NCBI RefSeq assembly: GCF_009914755.1
Contig: NC_060928.1
Length of the DNA: 64,000 nucleotides
Direction: 5' to 3' (one strand)
DNA from: the human T2T-CHM13v2.0 reference genome, Homo sapiens
Positions within the stretch are counted from its first letter, which is position 1, and every line of letters starts with the position of its first letter. The notes under the pieces are model-generated. The model was given only the letters and a program-made list of their open reading frames with translations. It had not been told where the DNA came from and ran no database searches. The position numbers were made by a program, and so were the translations under genes. Shown here piece by piece: positions 54,821-64,000 of the stretch.

Positions 54821-56634
54821 AACCCTTCTGATTTTTAGAAGTTGTTGGTACAATCTTTTTTTTGCTTCAGCTGTCACTGGCTAAACAATGCCTCAATCTA
54901 AGCCACAATTTGATGTAAGAAACCTCACCAAACTCTTGTAACAACTACTCCATTAAGCTGATAGTCATGAGCTTCCCAGCTCCCTAAGCTTGCTGCATCC
55001 AGAAGGGCAAATCCATTAAAAATGTGAGCATCATGACCATGTATTCTCCAGAATGCCAGGGCCAGGAGCACCCTTGCCAACAATAATGCCACTAACATCA
55101 TCTACCCTACTACCTCATTCAATGTGGGGCCACTCTGAAACAGTGGGCAAGTGCTGCCTTTTCTCATTCACTATTACCATGGAGCCACCATGACCTCCAC
55201 TGCCTCAGTTCCCTCAGTGCCCCTAGGGGGCCAGCTGCATCCACACTAGCATGCTTCTAGGCTCTATCTATTGCCTCCACTGGACAACAGTATTTGGTGA
55301 CTTGTGGTCTTAATAAGTAGAGGGGTTATTTTTACTCACTAATACAGAAGTACTTCAACATTTAAACAAAAGGTTTGACAATACAGCTATGTACCCACTG
55401 AAAATCAATCCTGTATATCACTAATATGGGATGTAACACTATGTGGAAACATCTTTGAACCAAATGAGATTTTAAGCTGATCATCTGGAAGATAATCTGG
55501 ATGATTATCCAAAAGGTATCTATTAAAAAGACATCAATTTATCAGTTATTAGGATCACAGTAACAAACTAGCCCTGATTAAAATCTATCTTCCAAAGTCT
55601 ACCCTCCACCATCTAGCAGTAATTTTAATCCTTCTAAAAGTGAGCAGGTGATAATTTTTAAATGGGATGTAGATCATGGACACTTCTTGAGTATCCTGTG
55701 CTCAAAGCTGATTGGTTTCAGAGAGGACCACAAATCAAAACTTGGTTCCATAAACCAGTAGATAGGCAAATACACTGGGCCCTGGCCATTCTGGCTTTAT
55801 CACCCTACCAGGCCATTGCTGCTGTCACCTACCACCACTAAGCAGGTGACCTCACCCTTCTCAGGAGATCTCACCCCACTTGGGATCCAACACCCAGGGC
55901 CCAGCCAAGGTCTTCCTCCCTGCCAGACACCTACCTCACTGAGCCCTACCTAAATGTTTTTGAATTTAATTATTCAACTAGGTAAGAAGGAAGCGGAGTC
56001 TTTATAATTTTTAATGTATTTGAGGAATACCTCAAGTAACTTTTGGGGGTTCAATCTCATTGCTTTATCATCATATCTTGTGTTAGAATGCCCATAGCAT
56101 CCCATTGAGACTAATATTTTCATGGTTCCTCTCAGGCTCTTGACAGGGTAGCTGAATTTTTCTTACTCTTTTTACATGTTGCCTTGAATCTACCCAGAGA
56201 AATCTTCTATTTTTTCCCTTTGAGCAATGCCCCTTTCAACATTAAATATTGTTTCACTGATCTCATGTACCTAAAATGCCCTCTCCCACACAAACCTGCT
56301 ACTGAGTACCTTCGCTAACTTAACCATTCATTCACCCTGGAAGACCACCTACTAGCAGAAGGATTCTTAACAAATGTAAAGAAAGTAAGGACTTTACACT
56401 AACAATACAAAACTAACTCTCTCTTTGACAATTCAAAAAACAAAAGATGTTGAACTTTGACATTTACAGAATTAAATGTCAAATGTGACACAATACCATC
56501 ACATCTGGCTAACTAACTCTTATGCTTTTTTTAGTAAGGAACAACTTTTGAGCCTCAATATCTTAATTCTTAAAATGATAAAGAACACTTAACTCAATTT
56601 GTTGAGATCAAATAAGGTAATGTAAAAGTGGGAT

Positions 56635-56925
56635 TTTTATTTTTACTTATTTATTCGAGACAAGGTCTCGCTCTGTCACCCAGACTGGAGTGCAATGGCA
56701 CGATCACAGCTTACTGCAGCTTCAAACTCCCAGGTTCAAGCAATCTGCACACCTCAGCCTCACAAGTAACTGAGACCACAGGCATGAGCCACTATACCTG
56801 GCTAATTTTTGTATTTTTTATAGAGACAGGGTCTTACTCTGTTGCCCAGGCTGTTCTTGAATTCCTAGGCTCCAGTGATTCACCAGCCTCAGCCTGGAAT
56901 TACAGGCATGAGCCACCACACCCGG
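56635..56925 (-). mobile_element. Alu (AluJ)
   Basis: Diverged reverse Alu. Confidence 0.9.
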
Positions 56926-57164
56926 TAAGAAGTGGTTTTTATCTATAAAATACTCATATAAATATGACTAGCTAATATCATTATTTTCTTTCTTAAGTTT
57001 TCCTGTGAGCCCAAGCTGCCAAATCTTAGACTATTCAGTGTGCATCGTTTTTTCTGCATTTGTGTATTACTAATGATATGATTCAAGAATCTCGGAAACA
57101 TTTTCAATTAGAAAAAATAAGTGTGTTAATTTCAATTAATGTCTGGTATCTACGACCTTTAATC

Positions 57165-57670
57165 CACTCATTTATCCATTCATTCAATAAATATATATTG
57201 AATACCTACTGTTTTGAAGGTACTCTTGCTGGTTAATAAACAGTAAACAAAACAGAGTCCCTCCCTTCAAGAACTTCCATTCAAGTGGGAGGAGACAGGT
57301 AATAAATGATCAATTAGTAGTGTCAGGGAATAGTAAAGGCTATGACAAATAAAGCCAGGTAAGGGTAAGAGAGTGTCAAAGAAGTTCACCCAGGAAGGCC
57401 TCTCTGAGGAGCAGGAATGATGTGAGGGAGAAAGCCATATGGATACCTCGAAGAAGAACATCCCAAGCAGAGCTGCAGAGGAAATGCAAAGGCCCTGAGG
57501 CTGGAACATGCTTAGCATGTCTGACAATGGCAAGGTAGCCAATGTTGTAAGAGGGGAGATCAGGTATGGCCTTGAAAACAACAGTGAGGAACTTGACAGG
57601 AGGTATGATCAGAGGCCACTTGAATACTGAGCAAGTAAATGATATGTCATAGTTATGCTTTGAGGGATTA
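57165..57670 (-). mobile_element. L2 3' fragment
   Basis: cattcattcaataaatatatattgaatacctact...aaaggccctgaggctggaacatgcttagcatgt. Confidence 0.7.
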
Positions 57671-58370
57671 TATAAGAAGCTGGCCTAAGTGGTTGCTTGT
57701 CTGTATAGGTTTCATACTTCTTTAATTGTTTTTTAACTATTTGCATGCTTTCCTGTGTCAAATGCTGCTTTGAAGTTCAGTAGAATTAGTGTGGTAATAA
57801 AACAAAGGAAGTTTCTGGGAAGTATTGGAAAATAAAACTCTAACTGGAGTCAAGAGAAAATTGGAGCAGATGTTTGTGGAGACAACAAGTATAGACAACT
57901 CTTTCAAGTTTGCTATAAAATAAAGCAAAAAAAAAAATGGAATTGAAGTTGGAAGAGCATGAGAGGTCAAGACAGAAGATGTTCCCTGGGTGAAAATACA
58001 GAGAAAAGGAAAAAATGATGATCTAAGAAAGGGAGAGGGTATTTGAAAAACAGTAAATCTATGAGAGAAGTGAAAAGAGAGGCTTTAGTCTACATAGGTG
58101 AAAAAGTTGGCGTTAGTGGCAGGGACAGTATATTTCTTTTCAATATGAAGGAAGGAAAAAGACATGGGTACAGATGTAGGAAGGGTGGTAGATTTGGTGA
58201 TGGGAAAATACAGATTTGTTTAGTGGCTTATATTTTCTCAGTGATATTAGAAGCGAGAAAAGTGAGTATGGGGAAGGAGATCTGGACACTTGATAAGGGA
58301 GAATCTATAAAATGATTGCTGCCAAATGGCAACTTTGTCTTTCTATGTGTCTTTATTTTGCAAATCATTC

Positions 58371-58689
58371 TTTTTTTCTTTTTTTTTTCTTTTTTGAGAC
58401 AGAATCTGACTCTGTCACCCAGGTTGGAGTGCAGGGATGTGATGGTGGTTCACTGCAACCTCTGCCTTCTGGGCTCAAGTTATCCTCCACCTTAGCCTCC
58501 TGAGTGGCTGGGACTACAGGTCACCACACCTGGCTAGTTTTTTCATTTTTTATTTAATTTTTAAATTTTCTGTAGAGATTGAGTTTTGCTGTGTTGCCCA
58601 GGTTGATCTCAAACTCCTGAGCTCAAGCAGTCTGCCCCCCTCAGCCTCCCAAAGTGATGGGATTACAGGCATGAGCCACTGTGCCGGGC
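58371..58689 (-). mobile_element. Alu (AluJ)
   Basis: Diverged reverse Alu; short TSD AAATCAT. Confidence 0.9.
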
Positions 58690-58797
58690 TCTAAATCATA
58701 CTTGACTACGTTATATTGATACTTGACTACATTATATTGTAAACTTTTAGAGGGCAGAAGTTATGCTCACCTTATTTATTCTGTATGTTTAAAAAAA

Positions 58798-59086
58798 GGG
58801 CGCGGTGGCTCACGCCTGTAATCCCAGCACTTTGGGAGGCCGAGGCGGGTGGATCACGCGAGGTCAGGAGATCGAGACCACGGTGAAACCCCGTCTCTAC
58901 TAAAAATACGAAAAGTTAGCCCGGCGTAGTGGCGGGCGCCTGTAGTCCCAGCTACTCGGGAGGTTGAGGCAGGAGAATGGCGTGAACCCGGGAGGCGGAG
59001 CTTGCAGTGAGCCTCGCGAGATTGCGCCATTGCACTCCAGCCTGGGCGACAGAGAGAGACTCCGTCTCAAAAAAAAAAAAAAAAAA
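58798..59086 (+). mobile_element. AluY with 12-bp left-arm deletion (Yd-lineage)
   Basis: Reads gatcgagacca|cggtgaaacc, lacking TCCTGGCTAACA; most CpGs retained. Confidence 0.9.
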
Positions 59087-60345
59087 GCATTACCTACTGA
59101 AGATGTAAAGAGCTGTTACTATGATGCTGGACAGTGGGATATTAAGTTTTGCCTAACAGAAGTCTTAGGGGAGGGTACAAAATTATGTGAACTTCCCAGT
59201 TGATTATGAAACAACTTTGCTACATTTTTGGCATAAAGAGATAGAAGTAACAGTAATATATAGCATCCACAAAAAAACTCAACAAGCATCTACTTATCAG
59301 GTTTTATCTTTTAATCCCCTATGGACTCTGTGATGCTACAGTTATTACTTATATATTTAAATCACAGACTGGACACCTGGTTTTTCCAGTCACATAATTA
59401 AGTTTACATCTCAGTATTACCATTTAGCCTACTTTCCATTTTTTATCTGAAAATTAATCTTATTAAGATTAAAAACTCAAATATACCTATTTCGTTTTTT
59501 ATAACTTAATTCAACTTTTTTTCTGACCGATTAAAGGGAATGCCTACCAATGTCAGTTTTCCGATTATTCTCCCTGGACTTGGAAGTGGCTAGGCTATAT
59601 TACTAACAGTATTATACAACCTAATTAGAGAACAATAAAGTTGACCTTTGAAAATAACATATCAAACATCAGAAAGTGTCTTTTCTTCATCTGCTTTAAG
59701 GATTACATTTGTTTCTTTTGTGTAAATAATACATTATTACAATTTGAGATTATTTACTTAATCTTTAATACAATGAGAGCTAAAAATAAATCAATAAACA
59801 TTTGAAAATATTTTCTACAATTCTATTTCATCTCATTTACTAGTAACATTTAAGTTCAGCCTCACTTTTGAACACTCATTTCCTAAACCTCAATTGTCTG
59901 TAATAATTTTATGTTTTCTTGTGCAGTAGTTTTCCTTCCGCTGGGTCATCTATTAACACTTCTCCAACAAACCAGAGTCTTCTTATGAAGGACTGTTGTG
60001 AATACTGGCATTCGTAAATTTCTAAAAATAAAATTTCCCAGGTGCACAGTTTTCCTCCCTGTCAGCATAATCTTGGGCTAAAGTTGTTGTTTAACAAGGC
60101 AATGGGCATTTATGACATTTCTACCCATTACAGCATTTAACAAATGTTATTGTAATTGCTAATTCACCTGTCTGTATTCCACTTTAGACAATAAACTCTG
60201 TGAGATTAGAGACCGTGTCCATCTAGTTCATCTTTGTATCCTCAATCTAATATATAATAAAAGGTCAATAAAATATATGCTGAATCAATGAAAGTCCCAG
60301 CAATGTGGGGAATGGTAATGAAGAACTCCAGAGCAATGCACTTAC

Positions 60346-61183
60346 CTGTGAGATCCAGGGTTCTGTCCACAAAAACCACTGATGCCCTGCCTGCAGCAGT
60401 CTTCTTCCTGTTCTTTGCAGGGGCATAATTGGCCAGATCCGCAGCGATGACCTGACTTAAGGAACCTACAGCAAAACACTCCTCCCGTACTCCTAAATGT
60501 TCACACAGAGAACTGAGGCCTGACACTAGGCATCTGATCTGCAGCAGCAGCTCTGGGGTTAGCGTAGTGGAGTCCACATCACCCAGGCTTCCCAGCTTCC
60601 TCTTGTCCGGTCGGGCGCTATTAAGGAGGTGCACATCCTGGGGTAGCAGTGGGAAAAGGGATGCAAAAGCTGGAGTCAAGGCAAAGTGGGGAGCAACAGG
60701 GGCAAGCAATAACGGGACATGGAACACCTCGGCCGTGTAGTTCATGTTGCCCATCCATTCACACAGCTTCTCCTCCAGCTGCTCGAACACCGGCTGCTGC
60801 CCCTCCATCTCGGCCGCTGCCGCCGCTGGGACATGATTAGCTGTGAGGTGGACAGCGTGGCTCACGGTTGTGACCACCACACAATACTGGAAGTGACTGC
60901 GGCAGATGATGTCCCGTAGGATCTCCACGGTCCGGCCTTTCAGCAGGCAGCTCAGCACAAACACTGCCTTGGGCTGCTTGGCTCCACCACCAATTGCGTC
61001 GGGCTCGAACTCTCGCAGGTGACAGTCAGGACCCCCCACCGCCTCCAGGAGACGGGTGGATCCGCAGCCCCAGTGCAGGCTCTCGGCGCAGGCGGCGTCC
61101 AGGTAAACCACAGCCCGTTTCACTTTGGCCAGCACCTGCTCCCATCCTTGCTGGGTAAAGGACAGTACGCCCGAGGCGCTCAT
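60346..61183 (-). CDS. SCFD2: SCFD2 coding exon 1 (codons 1-279 plus 1 nt)
   Basis: ATG at 61183 (ccaatcATG, A at -3) opens MSASGVLSFTQQGWEQVLAKVKRAVVYLDAACAESLHWG...VFVDRTLDLT, which I recognise as the SCFD2 N-terminus. Donor ACAG|GTAAG with GT at 60345-60344; 838 nt, phase 1. Confidence 0.96.
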
Positions 61184-61510
61184 GATTGGGGATTCGCAGA
61201 CTTGGGAAACTACGGTGCAGGAACTTCTTTCAGAACTCACCGCTTCCGGAAATTGGGCTCCGGGAGACTTTGACAGTCTCCACAGTACACGTGGTCGGCC
61301 TCTGACACGCTCCCTGATGGCGCTCGGTGATGACGTTAAACTGAGCGGTGATTGGCTAGAGAGGAGGCCGGGAGTGAGGAAGGATGGCGCGGTCGGGAAA
61401 GAAGTGGGTGGGGCTCTGTGGCTCCGGGCTTCCTCAAAAGCTCGTGGAGATCAGGTGTTTCCTGAGATGGAGCTGAACTGAGTTCTTTCCGTCGCTCGGC
61501 CTGTCTGCGC
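60700..61510. promoter_or_regulatory. CpG island over SCFD2 exon 1 and promoter
   Basis: Sharp rise in GC content and CpG density against AT-rich, CpG-poor flanks. Boundaries estimated by eye. Confidence 0.8.
61241..61415 (-). promoter_or_regulatory. SCFD2 TATA-less proximal promoter motif cluster
   Basis: ETS-like CTTCCGGAA (61243-61251), E-box CACGTG (61288-61293), CRE/ATF-like TGACGTTA (61331-61338), CCAAT box on minus strand (ATTGG 61351-61355), GC/GT box GGGTGGGGC (61406-61414). The exact TSS cannot be read from sequence. Confidence 0.65.
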
Positions 61511-62450
61511 AGATAATCTTCTCAGATAATCTTCTCATGTTCCTTGAAAAGTCTCCGAAATAAAAACCTAATCCGAAATTTGGTATCTTCCTTAGATATG
61601 AACACGTCTCCAAAAGTACAGCCACCTTCTCAATCTAAACTCAGAGCAACTAGAAAAAGATAATAAAAACAACCGTGTGCAATATTTTGGGTTTATAGAT
61701 TGCTGTCACATACGTTATTGCCCACAAGCCTCATAACAAACCCTGTTGTTCTCATTTTCACTTTCTCCATCTTTCCTCCCTCATCTCATCGTCACTACAT
61801 CTTATAGGCTTAAAAACTCTCAGAATTCAGCCCTTCCTCTCCATTTTTGCTGTCACAAAAACCCAACATCATCGCTCACCCAGGCAATGATCTCCCAACA
61901 TTTTCTGACTTTTGATCTCTTTACCCTCCAATTCTATTTTCTTCCTAATAAACAAAGTTGGTCCTACAACTTTCCTGCTTAAAAGCTTCTCCTAGCCCAG
62001 TTGCCTATAGGATACATCCACACTCTTTAAAAAGCATCAACATCCTTCTTGATTTCTCAATTTCTCTCCAGCTATTCCCAACATGGAGAAAAATTGTACC
62101 GATACAATGAAGTCAATAGGCTGAACCCAAAATGTTTTATGGGTTCTGTTTGTTCCACCAATATACTTACATTACTAAGTATAATCTCTGTGCTAAGCTT
62201 CAAAGATGCAATGGTTAATAAAATTCATTACCTAATCCACAAAGAATTTACCTGGTAAACTTACCGAAAATAATCATTCCAACAGTACTGCCTGTGAGAG
62301 ACTTTTTCTAACTCACCACCACTATCACCCTATCACCTCTCACTTCCCCCACCTATCAAACCACTCAATTGATACATTCGCTAAGTACTTGCCATATCAT
62401 GGGGTAAGTATTAACACTATTTTCTTTAAACTATCTGTTTTGCTAAATTA

Positions 62451-63780
<1,330 letters not shown>

Positions 63781-64000
63781 TTGTTTGTTTGTTTCCTTAT
63801 GGCAAGATAAGTGTAACATAAAAGTCACACCATCTTAACCATTGTAAAATGTACATTTTGGTGGCATTAAGTACATTCACATTGTTGTATAACCAATCTC
63901 TGAACTTCTTGTCTCACAAAACTGAAACCCTGTACCCATTAAACAACAACTCCCCATTCCCCCTCTCCACAGTCCTTGGTGACTTCCACTCTACTTTCTG
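63781..64000 (-). mobile_element. L1MB-type 3' end
   Basis: catcttaaccatt...gtggcattaagtacattcacattgttgt...aaactgaaaccctgtacccattaaacaacaactcccc. Confidence 0.8.

Noticed and set aside
60812-60826. Poly-alanine run (AAAAA) in exon 1
   Set aside because: Only five mixed codons; not an expansion-prone pure repeat.
60242-61240. 332-aa ORF as a stand-alone single-exon gene
   Set aside because: A strong donor at 60345 and in-frame exons 2 and 3 show it is SCFD2 exon 1 plus read-through; the ORF-track start is a GTG.

Overview
Primate (almost certainly human, 4q12) genomic DNA carrying the 5' part of SCFD2 (Sec1/Munc18 family) on the minus strand: a CpG-island promoter near 61.2-61.5 kb, coding exon 1 (60346-61183, 838 nt), exon 2 (47840-48008, 169 nt) and exon 3 (8868-8995, 128 nt), which splice in frame through GT-AG sites. 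The introns are mostly transposon-derived: two full-length, inactivated L1s antisense to the gene (L1PA2-like 23970-30000, L1PA6-like 35229-41370), a 1.6 kb LTR12 solo LTR just upstream of exon 2, MER41, MER74-like and MLT1 LTRs, older L1M/L2/MIR/hAT pieces and about 26 Alus. There are no rRNA, tRNA or CRISPR features, and I cannot support a new biological system from sequence alone. The best leads are three transposon promoters that all point in the SCFD2 sense direction. They are the LTR12 before exon 2 and the two L1 antisense promoters before exon 3; the L1PA6 ORF0 would splice exactly in frame to exon 3. Other leads are a 297-nt exon 2-3 circle with no in-frame stop and a template-switch hairpin inside MER41. 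Repeat subfamily names come from recalled consensus features and need RepeatMasker/Dfam confirmation.
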